Positions 26,201 to 37,041 of a stretch of 64,000 bases of DNA are shown here, in pieces (the stretch's first letter is position 1; every line of letters begins with the position of its first letter). A program made the translations under genes and the position numbers. Source of the stretch: Cyanophora paradoxa CCMP329 (Eukaryota; Plantae; Glaucophyta); assembly GCA_004431415.1 (NCBI GenBank), contig QPMI01000493.1:124001-188000 (forward strand). The letters run 5' to 3'. The notes under the pieces are model-generated. The model did no database searches, was not told the origin of the DNA, and worked only from the letters and a program-made list of their open reading frames with translations.

Positions 26201-28886
26201 TGTGCGAAATTTACGCCTTTTTGCGGCTCACCTGTTGGGCACGCGCGCGCGCGCTCGCAGACTGTTCCTGTGCATCGGGCTGGACCAAATCGCGTGCGTG
26301 CAGAACCACCTGCTGACCGAGGCGGCGGCACTGGCGCGGCAGGGCCACGCCGCCGTCGCCTTCCTCGCCACCTCCGCCGCCGCCTTCGGCCAGGTCCCCG
26401 TCCAGGCGCGCTGTTCGGCTTCGCTCACATTTCCGCCAATTTCGGCGCCGCTCACGGCCTCGGCCGCCGCGCGCAGGACGCGACGGAGGCGGACCTGTGC
26501 GCCTTCGAAGTCGACGACGAGTTCGCGCGGCGGCACGCGCTCCCCTCCCTCGCCCTCGCCGGCGCGGGCCGCGGAGCTGTCGACTACGACTTTGGCGCGG
26601 CGGAGGCGGCGCTGGCGGCGGCGGCCCTCGCGGGGCGGCGGCTGCTGCAGGCGGACCCTGAGGACCGCGCCCGCGCCCTCGTCCGCCCCTTCGTCTACCA
26701 CCTCGAGCTCTTCCCCAGGCGCGCGCGCCTGGAGCTGAGCCGGCGCCCTGCTTAAATTTCCCGAATTTCGCACCCGGATCAGAGCCCTCGCTTCTAACCT
26801 TCGCCTCTGCCTTAGCATAATGATATTTTGCCTCCCGCCTTCTTCCTTACGCCCGCCTCTGCCTTCGCTTCCCGAATTTGAGCTCTGCGCCAATTTCCGA
26901 ATTTCGTCCTGACCTCCGCCCCCGGGCCCGCAGCGCGGGGACGATCATGGAGGAGATTCACCGGAAGGTCCCGCAGGAGCCGCTGCCCCGCGAGAGCGCC
27001 GCCGCCCTCGAGGTGCCTTCTTTCCCTAGTAACCTTTCTAACCGAGTCGTACTAGTTCTTTTATATCGTTCCGCCCTTCCTATCTGTGCCCGCCACGGCG
27101 CTCTGTCGATCTCCGGTCCCGATCATGACGCCGCGCGCAGGCCGACTTCGCGCTGAAGGGCAAGCGCCAGCGGCTCATGTCCGCCATGGACGTCGTCCTC
27201 TCCACGGTACCTAACTCAACGAACTGATTAACAACCAACCAACCATATTTAAAAGCTTGCTATTCATCTACCAACTAGCTCCCTAGCTAATTCCGTCGTC
27301 GACGTCGCAGCTGAACCGGGCGTCGGGGCGGTGGCCGGAGGACCAGCCGCTGGGCGACTTCGCGCGGCAGCTCGAGGCCGGCTCGCTCGAGGCCTGGCTC
27401 CTCTCGCTGCCCGTGCTCCGCGGCCTCGCCCTCAAGCACGTATGCGCCCTCTACGAGGAGCTCGAGGGGCTCTGCTGCGAGGCGCGTTCCCGTCGCTCTG
27501 CTAAGGATCTAGGATTTAGAACTCAAGAAACACGAAAGTTTTACACGGCTCCAGAATTGCAGCATTTCTTGCGTTAGCTCACTCCGCGCTCCCGCGCAGG
27601 TGGTGGTGGAGTGCGTGGCGGAGCAGTTCAAGCGGGCGCTGCCCGAGGGGGCCGAGGCGGCCCTCGCCGCCGGCCTCGACCTCGCGTCGGGATCGGCGAC
27701 GGCGTCGGGATCGGCGACGGCGTCGGGATCGGCGACGGCGTCGGGATCGACGACGGCGTCGGGATCGGCGACGGCGTCGGGATCGGCGACGGCGTCGGGA
27801 TCGGCGACGGCGTCGGGATCGACGACGGCGTCGGGATCGGCGACGGCGTCGGGATCGGCGACGGCGTCGGGATCGGCGTCGGCGTCGGGATCGACGGCGG
27901 CGTCGGGATCGACGGCGGCGGCGTCGGGATCGACGGCGGCGGCGTCAGGGACGGGATCGGCGGCGGCGTCGGGATCGGCGGCGGCGTCGGCGTCGGGATC
28001 GGCGGCGGGGCCGCCGCGGCTGCGCCTGGAAGACCTGCGCGTCGCCCTTCGCCGCTTCATATTCAGGTGCGGAACTCATAAGAATTCCGAGATCCGCTAG
28101 ATATATATACCGATCGGGAACGGCTGGCCGGCCGGCGTCGGGATCGAACGGCGGCTTCGGGATCGAACGACGGCTTCGGGATCGACCGACCGACTGACCG
28201 TGGCCGTCGTTAGGTACCTGGCGGGGACGGGCGCGGACGCGGCGGCGGCGCGGCAGCCGCTGGCCGAGCACCTGAAGCGGGAGGACCTCTGGCGCCGCGC
28301 CGGCGCCTCCGCCCCGCCCGACGAGGCCATCGAGGCGAGCGCGGCGAGCGCCTCGAGCTCGAAACAATAACAGACTCACTTAGAGCAAAATAGCACTGCG
28401 AGCAAAATAGCTGCAAGCCCGTTATTATATATAATTACTATCTTTGACAAGGCTGACGCTACGCCGCGGCAGGCGTGCGTGCACGGGGCGCTGACCTGCG
28501 CGCACACGTACCACCTCTACAAGGCCCTCCAGGCCCTCTACAACGTGCGTTCTTGGCTCGATCTTATAACGTTAACTAGCCGCTCTTTGGAATTTAAAGC
28601 GCATGTACTGCAGCTGACTACCGCATTTACGATAAGAGTTAAAGCTAAATTCAAGCGCTAGCTTACGGCGAGCCTCGGAGCCTGACGTCCCGCGCAGCGC
28701 GTCAACTTCGGGATGCGCCCGGCGGCCGCCGCGGCGGTCCTCGCGAGCACGTGCACGAGCGCGAGCTCGGCGCGGGCCGCCGCCGGGCTCGGCGCCCGCC
28801 CCGCGACGCCGGCGCTGGCGGGCCCCGGCGCGCCCGGGGGCCCTCTCCTCGGGGCGCGGAAACCGAAGAAGCAGACTTATTTCTAG
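11206..28886 (+). CDS. RNF213: RNF213/mysterin-like giant AAA+ ATPase / RZ-finger E3 ubiquitin ligase, with no RING detected
   Basis: RNF213 motifs in order: [10 protein letters not shown] (~17020), [13 protein letters not shown] (~18320), [34 protein letters not shown]|[80 protein letters not shown] finger at 24955-25145. The first exons splice in frame from ATG 11206, and the protein ends KPKKQTYF*. Confidence 0.93.
11807..12200 (+). other. CBM20-like carbohydrate-binding domain in the RNF213-like N-arm
   Basis: [13 protein letters not shown]...[10 protein letters not shown]...PVQYKYF...[10 protein letters not shown] matches the CBM20 pattern (LGxW, W, YKY, WE..NR). Confidence 0.8.
24955..25145 (+). 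other. RZ-type (RNF213/ZNFX1) zinc finger split by intron 24982-25060
   Basis: Spliced sequence WYRHACGYW|[27 protein letters not shown]. Confidence 0.88.
27684..28007 (+). repeat. In-frame 18-bp coding minisatellite (GCGTCGGGATCGGCGACG; ASGSAT) of about 17 units
   Basis: Read directly. It lies inside the open exon 27600-28066. Confidence 0.95.
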
Positions 28887-29762
28887 GTGTAGATAAAATG
28901 TGTTCGCTCATTTTTTTGAGAGACTACGGTGGGGCTAAGAGATAAGAGACAGCAGAGGAATCACAAATTAAGATATATATATAGCAGACAGTTACAAAAT
29001 ACAGAATCGAGAACGATCACGGTAAGGGGCACGCGTACGATCATGAGAACGCAGAGGATCAGGAGAACGAGTACGAGGCCTAGGCCTAGGAGAAGTAGTA
29101 GAAAGACTGAAGGACATCACAGTTACAGACACAGTACCAGTACCGAAAGAGCGTTAAATTTCTGACAGTGCATACAGCCTGCAGGCTGCAGGGCCAGTGC
29201 ACTGCGGCAGACTGTGCAGGCTCAACCCCATGGCCAGCGAGGACACTGGCAGGCTCAGCGACGGGCCGCAGCGACAAGCCAGCTCAGCACTGCCCCCCCC
29301 CCCCCCCCCTCCCCCCCCCCCCCCCCCTCCCCCCCCCCCCCCCCCCCCCCCAGCAGGGCCCAGGGGACTACCAGTAGTACTCTGCAGAGTCTGCACTGAG
29401 AGAGTCTGCAGTGACTCTAGATCTGCCCAGCCGCCCAGGCGGCCAGCTGCAGCTCAGCGGGCCGTCAGCGGCTTGCCACAGTGCAGCCTGCAGCCTGCAG
29501 CCTGGCAGGCCGCGGAGCCGCGCGGGGCCGCGAGCCCGGCGGGCCCGGCCGGGCCGGGCCTTGCCGCACGGCGCAGTGCGGCCCTGTGCACGTGCGGGGC
29601 TGCGCCAGGGCACTGCGGGCCTGTCACAAGCTGTGCGGCCGCAGCGGGCCGGGCCTGCGGGATGCGGCCGCATTGCGGCGTGCCAGTGTCGGGCACTGCG
29701 CATGCCGCTGCAGTCACTGAGTAGCAGCAGTACTCGTGCCGCAGACTCCAAGTCCCGCAGTG

Positions 29763-30918
29763 CCGGCGGCCCGGGGCCGCCGGGGGCCGGCCCGCGCCGG
29801 CGGCCCGCGGCGGCGGTGCCGCGCCGCCGCGGGCCGCGGCCGCGCGGCCGTCGGCCCGGCGGGCCGGCGCGGGCGGCGGGCGCCGCGGCCCCCGCCGCCC
29901 CGCCAGTGATGTTATTCCGAATTAACCGAAAAACTGCCCATTCCGGGAATATTCCTGGAATATTCCTAGTAAGATTCCGAATTCTTTATTGTTTCTAGAA
30001 ACCCTTCCCTCACTGTGAGTCATGATCATACACGCGTACCGCACCCCACGCCGGCCCGGCCCGGCCCTGCCCGCCCCTCCCCGCTTTGCCAAAAGTTGCA
30101 ATTGCGAGACTACTGTATGAACTGTCAAGCATTCGAATTCGAAGGTGCAGCAGTGAGCTCGACTCCGAGGCTCAGCGAGCTCGAGCTGTCGTCGTCGCCG
30201 TCGTCGGGCAGACCGCTTGCGGAGGCGGCTCCGGCGGGCCAGCTGAGCCTTCGTTTTCACCAGACATCGATTTACGATGCGGGCGCGCTCTGCTGGACGC
30301 TGTGTGCTGCGTTCTGGCGAAAAATCCCGCGCACGAACAAGTACCCCCCCTTATTCGGAACAATTCCTGAAAGAACGGCGTTCCCAGCACCATTCCAGGA
30401 ATCATTCCAGGAATTATTCCTGGAATAGAATTAAAAAATGTTTCTAGAAAGAATGCCATCACTGCGCCCCGCCGCCGGCCCGCGCGGGCCCGGCCCGGCG
30501 AGTCGGCGGCGACCGCGCCGGGCCGCCGCCGCCCGCCGGGCGGCCGGCCCGGGCGGCCGGGCCCGGCCCGGCGGCCGGCGGGGCCCGCCGCCCGCCGCCC
30601 GCGGGGCCCGGGCCCCGGGTCCCGGGCCCGGGGCCGGGGCCCGGGGCCCGGGGGCCGGCGGGGCCGGGGGCCGGCCGCGGGGCCCGGCGCCGGCCCGGGC
30701 CCGGTGGGCCGCGGGGCCGGGCCGGGGCCGGGGGCCGGCGCCGGCCCGGCGGGGCCGGCCCCGGCCGGGGCCCGCGCGCGGGGCCGCGCGCGGGCCGCGC
30801 GCGCGCGGGCGCCGCGCGGCGGGCCGCGCGCGCCGCGCGGGCGCCGGCGGCTGCAGCCTGCAGGCTGGCAGCGGGCTGCGAGCCTGCGGCCGCCCGGGCC
30901 CGCGGGCCTGCGGGCCTG
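29763..30918. repeat. Near-pure G/C low-complexity tract rich in CCCGGG/GGCC/CGCG palindromes, interrupted by a MITE
   Basis: Only about 5 A/T bases occur in 30465-30850, and 29763-29903 is similar. Confidence 0.85.
29904..30464. mobile_element. Non-autonomous hAT-type DNA transposon (MITE, 561 bp)
   Basis: TIRs CAGTGATGTTATTC and GAATGCCATCACTG (12/14 match). Exact 8-bp TSD CGCCCCGC at 29896-29903 and 30465-30472. Subterminal ATTCCnGGAAT palindromes occur at both ends. Confidence 0.85.
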
Positions 30919-30926
30919 GCTGCGGC

Positions 30927-31035
30927 CAGGGTTCGCCAGGGGCCCAAGGGCCGGGGCCAAGGCAAAAATTATCGCCATAATTTTTGGACCCTTGGGGGAC
31001 CCCCAAATTGGGCCCCAATAATTTTCACATCCCTG
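30927..31035. mobile_element. Possible 109-bp hAT-like mini element
   Basis: Ends are CAGGGTTCG and CACATCCCTG (Ac-like CAGGG termini). GCTGCGGC flanks both sides (30919-30926 and 31036-31043). The TIR match is short. Confidence 0.5.
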
Positions 31036-31516
31036 GCTGCGGCTGGGCCCGATCAACGGCGATCATGCGGCCCGGATCATCCGGGGCCGGATGATCCGAT
31101 GATCATTATTGCAATTGATCATGATGATCGCCGATTCATCGGATCTTGATTTATGAGCCGCGTTCAATCGGCAATTGAAAAAAAAGGCTGAGCCGCTTTC
31201 ACTCAAAAACTAAATCGGATGGAAAATTGATTGGATGGAAATTGCGACATTCACTGTGCACTGTAACAGTAGTACAATGAACTGTAGACTGTAGTACCTT
31301 TAAAATTTTCACCACAGTACCCAGCCTACTACCAGGCCAGGCTGGGAAATTGCAACTACCGGTAGGCGGCCGACACAGTTTTTTGCCTGCGGTAGGGGGG
31401 TACATTACCGTACACACAACAGTACGTTTCTATAGCGTTTCGATATTAATGCGGTCCCAAATTAATGCGTTTCCAAGTTTGCCAGTGGAAAACTTCGTGC
31501 GAAGCGGCAACCCTAC

Positions 31517-31558
31517 TTCAGGGCCAAGTTCAGGCCCAAGTTCAGGGCCAAGTTCAGG
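31517..31558. repeat. 12-bp tandem repeat TTCAGG(G/C)CCAAG x3.5
   Basis: Read directly. Confidence 0.85.
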
Positions 31559-31735
31559 CTGAGACGCTGCTGACTCAGGCATGCGCAGTGCACGTGAGTT
31601 CAGGCTGTTCAGCGGCCGGGCACTGCGCCGGTGACTGCGCAGTGCGGCAGCGGCTGTACATGTTCAGCAGCAGCGGCGTGGAACAAGTTCCGAACAACTT
31701 GGCAAGCTTAAAGCTAAAGCTTGAGTCGATGCGCG

Positions 31736-34700
31736 ATGTCGACTAGACGAGCAATTGCAAGCTTTAGCGCTAAATGCGTATGTACAATTGCAAGGTTCGC
31801 ACTGCAGCAGTTCCCACTGCTTCCCAGAGTATTGGTACTGCTTCCAGAGATACATATGCATATCGCAGTATACATGTGCATATCGCCGCCTTCCATGCGC
31901 AAGCGCATATTCATACTGGTACATGCATAATTATAATATTTTTAATGCGCTGATCATACAGGATGCAGCGCACTACTATACTATATATGTCGTAGCTATG
32001 ATACATATCTCTATATACTATGCGGCTAGTCCGGCTAGTACATATCTCTATATACTATGCGTGCGCGCATATGCATGCGTATGCAGATGCATATGCATAG
32101 ATCCGATGATCATCACAGGTACCGGTGCAGAACTCAGCTGCACACTTGCGGAGCTTCCGTAAGCATCGCCGTTAGCATCGTCGTCATCGTGTTTGCGGGT
32201 GAGCAATGATCATGAGCATATGGGTTACGCACATGTACCTACGCAATTGCGAACTGGACTGGGAAGCGCGGGCGCTCTCGAACTCGCTCACTCGCGATCG
32301 CGAACGTTCGCAGCTGTTGTCGGGCCGGCGCTCTGCCAATCGATATCTTCCGGCGTCGCTGGTCCGTGCATGTGTATTAGCGTATGCGTATGCATATGCG
32401 TTGGCTCTGTCTGAAACGACTCTCCGGAGCAGCTGAGCCGCTGTTCACTCTGGTTGGCCACTTGTCTCAGGTCGATGCCGTCGCTGTCTCTCCAGACGGC
32501 CAGCTCGTCGCGACCGCCGACAGCTTCTACGTATTCAAAGGCTCGCTCCGCATCTGGTCGGCGGCGACTGGCGCTCAGTTGCATGCTGTAGCCTATGCGA
32601 ACCGGGCTCCCGGGGGCCTCCAGCAGTTGCAATTCACCGCGGATGGCGCCATCATCGTCGTCGCCTGGGAATACGGAATGTCTGCATTCTCGGCTTCGAA
32701 TGGCACTCTTCTCTCTAGTGTGAATATTCGTCCGGCCCTCTCTAGTGTGAATATTCGTCCGGCCCCGACCAGTCGGAATTCCATGCGCGTCGGCCTCTCG
32801 CCGGACGCCCGGACAGCTCTTGTAGTGTCCTCGAACGTCACACTCGAGGCGACCACATACGAGGCGAGCCTGCGCGGCCTGGACGGTGCAGAGATCCTGC
32901 GGATTCCCAATGTGTGCTGCAACTCGCGCGGGGGCCTCACGCGTACGGCTCAAGCTCTCTACGACGCGTCCTTTCTCGCCCTCTCTGCCGACGGCACTAT
33001 CGTGTCGGGCTACGCCCGCGACCGTAAGCTGAGCATCTGGTCAACGAACGGCACAGAGCTGAAGGTCTTCGACATCACTGCAGCTGGCGGAAACGTGTTT
33101 AGATTGTCGCCGGACGGCTCGTACGTCGTTGTTTCCAGCGCTGATTTCAGCTTCAGCCCTCTCGCTCCCGAGGTTTACTATCCGATCGTGAGCACTGCCC
33201 AACCGACGACGATCTCTCTCGTTTCGACATCGAACGGGGCGGTACTGCGTTCTTTGAGCGCGGCCGTGTCTTACTGGACGGCCGTATCAATCTCAGCGGA
33301 CAGCTCGCGCATCCTGACCGGTGGCCGCGACGGCCGCATCTGCATTTGGACAGCGGGCGACGGTGCCCTTGTCCAAGAGTTCTCAAGCAGCGGCAGCATT
33401 GCGGTCAAGGCAGTCTCATTCGACAGGCTGGGGTCGCACATTGCGTATTCAGCCGTGCGCAACATGTCTGCAACAGCGACGTTTTACAGCTCTGCTTCGG
33501 TTTTCTCGACAGCGTCACCCAGCTCGCGATCGGCTGGGCACATCCAGCTCGGAAATTTCAGCACGTTCGTTGGACCTATGGCCAGCACCAGCTTCGATTC
33601 GATCCGTGCAATAACGAATGCCAACTTCTTATTTACAGCGGTCACTATCGACGCCTCGGAATCGCGATTTCATTCGTCGAACGACCGGAAGCAGACGCAC
33701 GTCATGAAGTGGTCAGCAAGCGGCTCGCAGGTTCTTCGCTTCGAGACATCGGGCAAGGACTTTCGATCGGCATTCGCAGTCTCCCCCGATGGCACCCTCG
33801 TGGCCATTCCTGCTGTCGGTGGCGCCGTTCGCATCTTGTCAGCGGCGGATGGGACCCAGCTCAAAGTCCTCGTTTCTTCCTCATCTTCCACTGCAGTCGC
33901 CATAGAGTTTACGCCCGACTCTGCGTCTGTTGTCATCGCCTGGTCGAGGCTGGACCCCGTGCAAGTCTGGGACGTAACGAGCGGAACCCCTGTCCGCAAC
34001 TTGACCGCACCCGGCATCGACCCTCGAGATGATCTGTTCGCCGCCACTTCGCTTGCGATCTCTGCCGATGGCCGCTTCATCGCGGCGGCCGGTTATGGAG
34101 GGGGCCGCGTTTATGAAACGGGTGCGCTCCAGATCTGCTAAGCTAAGCGCACATGCGAGATATTGATTTAATTGGCGGCTTCACTTGGGCTCATGATCAG
34201 CGGACGCCGGGCGAGGTGGCGTGCGGCTCTGGTCTCTGGCTTCCGGCGAGCTGCTCTGGTCGTTCAGGAACACGACTGACGGGCTCTCCTACAGAAGCGT
34301 AGCAATTTCCCCGGACAATGCCCACATCGCCGTTGGAGAGGATTCCACTGGGACTGTGCGGCTTCTGTCTGTGGCGTCCGGAAGCCAGCTGCACGCCGTG
34401 AACCAGCCATCCGAGTCACCTGCAGGCTCTATCTTCAGCATTACTGGAGTAGACTTCTCTTCGAGCGGCAAGGTCCTCATTTCTGGCGACAGTCAAGGCA
34501 ACGTCCGGTTTTGGTCGGTCGGAACCGGCAAGCTTCTCCGCTCGCTGCTTTTCCCGAGCGACAGAGAGTTCTCTGGGAATATGTATGCCATAGAGCGCTC
34601 ATCAGACGGCAAATTTGTGTACTTTACGTGGAGCCCTGACGCGAGTGCCGCGACGCACGCACCGCTTATGCGCATCAATCTGTCGAATCTCGAACATGGT

Positions 34701-35813
34701 GAGTGAACTGAATTTAAAGCTGACATTGGCGTCCTTCATGATCCAATTTAATGATTTCGATCCTAAATCGTGCAGAGCTCGGGCTCTCGAACTCAACCAC
34801 GGCGACCGTGCCTTCGAGCTCCGGATCCCGTGCACGTGTGCGTACCCTGCAGATCTAGATTTAACATTGACGAACATTGACAATTTAATTTCGTTTGACT
34901 CAAGATACCGAAGCTCAAGATAGGGAGGGGGACGAATGTCACCCTGACCTTCGATGAGAACGGCTACGCCCGGCTTTCCGTCCCCGCAGCCCGAGCTTCC
35001 CAGGTCCGAATATCTTCTCGCGGCCTTCCAATACTCGGACTAATTTTCTTAAATGATTCTTTAATCGGTGTTACAGCATGGCGGCGAAGTCAGCATCTTC
35101 GGCGAGGTAAGAAGAAAACAAGAATAGAAAAGCGATCGCTGACGCTGGCTGGTAGGGATTTCCGTACCCCGAGCCAATCGAAGTGTACGTGGTGTCTGGC
35201 GGACAGAGCGTTCGAGCGCCCGAAGCGCGATTCGCGTCGGAGACCGAAATGCGATTCCGTGCGAGAGCCCCACAATGCAGATTATAATCGAGCAATTGTT
35301 TGATCATCTGACTAAAATCACGACATCGACCAGGCGTTCCGAAACCGCTCGCGCGCCGCACACGCGGTCTCCTCGGCACTGTGCGCTCAATAACTTATGC
35401 AGCTGGCTTTGAATCTTTCAAGATCTGCCTCTTATAATTACACGGAATCGGCAGGTGGTGAGCGATCTCCGCGTTGTCAGCGCCAACAATGCCTTCGGGA
35501 CTTTCACGCTCGGAAACGTGAGCCCTCTGTCAAGGTTTCCCCTCTGTCAAGGGTTGAACGTGGCGGCTTGCGATTGCAGGCCTTTGAGTGGGACGGGATG
35601 CCTTTCTCTGGCCCGATGTGCGTACCCATTCACATATCAAGTTTAATTTGCGAACTTGCTATATATAGACCGCCGTTTTGCGATCGCAGGCCCCTTCTGC
35701 AGTCGGCGTCGACTTCCGGAGGCTCGACAGGAAAGGCGACTGGCGTCTTCAGCCACCTTGCACTCTTCCTCGTCGCGACTTGCCTGACGCTGGTTATGCA
35801 CACGCACGTGTGA
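31736..35813 (+). CDS. Secreted or GPI-anchored WD40 beta-propeller + IPT/TIG domain protein
   Basis: The large exon 32432-34121 and exon 34201-34698 encode WD40 repeats (GHLSQVDAVAVSPDG...LRIW, ILTGGRDGRICIW, VQVWD). Small exons give GGEVSIFGEGFP...ASETEMRFRVP...AFEW (IPT/TIG). The C-terminus SASTSGGSTGKATGVFSHLALFLVATCLTLVMHTHV* is hydrophobic. A hydrophobic N-terminal exon lies at 32119-32198. The start at 31736 is tentative. Confidence 0.82.
32711..32764 (+). repeat. Perfect 27-bp in-frame tandem duplication (LSSVNIRPA x2)
   Basis: ctctctagtgtgaatattcgtccggcc occurs twice. Confidence 0.95.
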
Positions 35814-37041
35814 TACTTTTGAGATTGCTATTATCATGATCATCTCCTTGCCCTACCGGACCGTAGTATCTCAAAAACGATGCCATGAGCTTGTGTATGC
35901 TCAGAATAAAAGTTCGCCTCCCTGCGCATCCTCCCCGCCGGCACTTATAATTAATTATAAGTAGCTTCCGTCGACGTCAGCTGGCCAGAGTGAGGGAGGC
36001 GGGGGCGGGAACTCGAGGGGCGAGGTGGGCGGGCGGGGGGCACGTGCGAGGTGAGGCGGTAGATGTTGCGGAGGGAGGAGATCAGGGGGTACAGCGCGTT
36101 GTCCTTAACTTGCCGCCGGTGCCCTCCTCCTCGTTCTCGATCTGCGCGCGCGCGGGCCGGTCGCACTTCGCGAAGAAGAGAGCAAAAGGACGACCGAAAA
36201 GAGCGGACCCGGTCGAGGACCGCCGTGTAGAAGTGGTCCGGCGAGGCAGCGGGCCGGCCGCTCCACCGAGGCAAAGGCGACGGCGCGCCGAATATTAATG
36301 TGAATGCGGATCGATTAGGATTAAAGTACTGCACACGTGAAGTACAATTGAATCGAGTCCTCTTTTTGGTGCGACGGTCCGACAGTCCGACGGACCGACG
36401 GTCCGACAGTGCCATGGTGGCGGGATGGGTTGCGAATATATATAGTTCTGACATGATTATTTCTTTCCCACTAAAAGATCTAGAGCTTACTGCACGGCCT
36501 AGACTAAGCTGCCTAAGCTGGGTGCGGTTGAAAATTTCGCGAGCTAGCGCCTGATTAAGTGCTGCGCATTGCGGCATGCGCAGATTAAGTGCTAGCGGTT
36601 GAAAATCCAGATAAAGTGCTGCGCATTGCGGCATGCGCATGTGCACGTGAGGTATATATACGTACAATTCGCAATCGAGTCGAGTCTTCGTCTTGGCATC
36701 AAGACCCACTTAAAGCTTGTCAATCTAGACACCGCCCAAATGAGGCGCTCGTGATCATCGATATCGAGGGGGTCTAGATAGATCTCGGGGGCAGTGAGGG
36801 CGTCATCTGCCGCAGTGCAGTACTAGCATGCGATCACCCGCGCAGGCGGGAGTCGCTAATTTAGAGCTCGAGTCCCAGCGGCGCCTCCACGGCGCCGGCG
36901 TCGGGTCGACGTTGAGATCGGCCCCAAGCCTACGGGGTACACGTGGTGGGATTATTTCTTTCTGAGTACTAGATCTATAGCTCGAGACTACTGCACGGCC
37001 TAGACTGATCTGCCTAAGCTGGGCACAGTTTCACAAGAGCG

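Noticed and set aside
27509-28060. Minus-strand (DPDAVA)n ORF and the (GIGDGV)n frame, resembling adhesin or ice-nucleation repeats
   Set aside because: They are alternative readings of the 18-bp repeat inside an RNF213-like exon.
29940-30430. TTCCnGGAA motifs as STAT/GAS or heat-shock elements
   Set aside because: They are better explained as subterminal repeats of the MITE that contains them.
29166-31263. Outer element bounded by CAGTGCA...TGCACTG
   Set aside because: The flanks (ATTTCTGA and TAACAGTA) show no target-site duplication.
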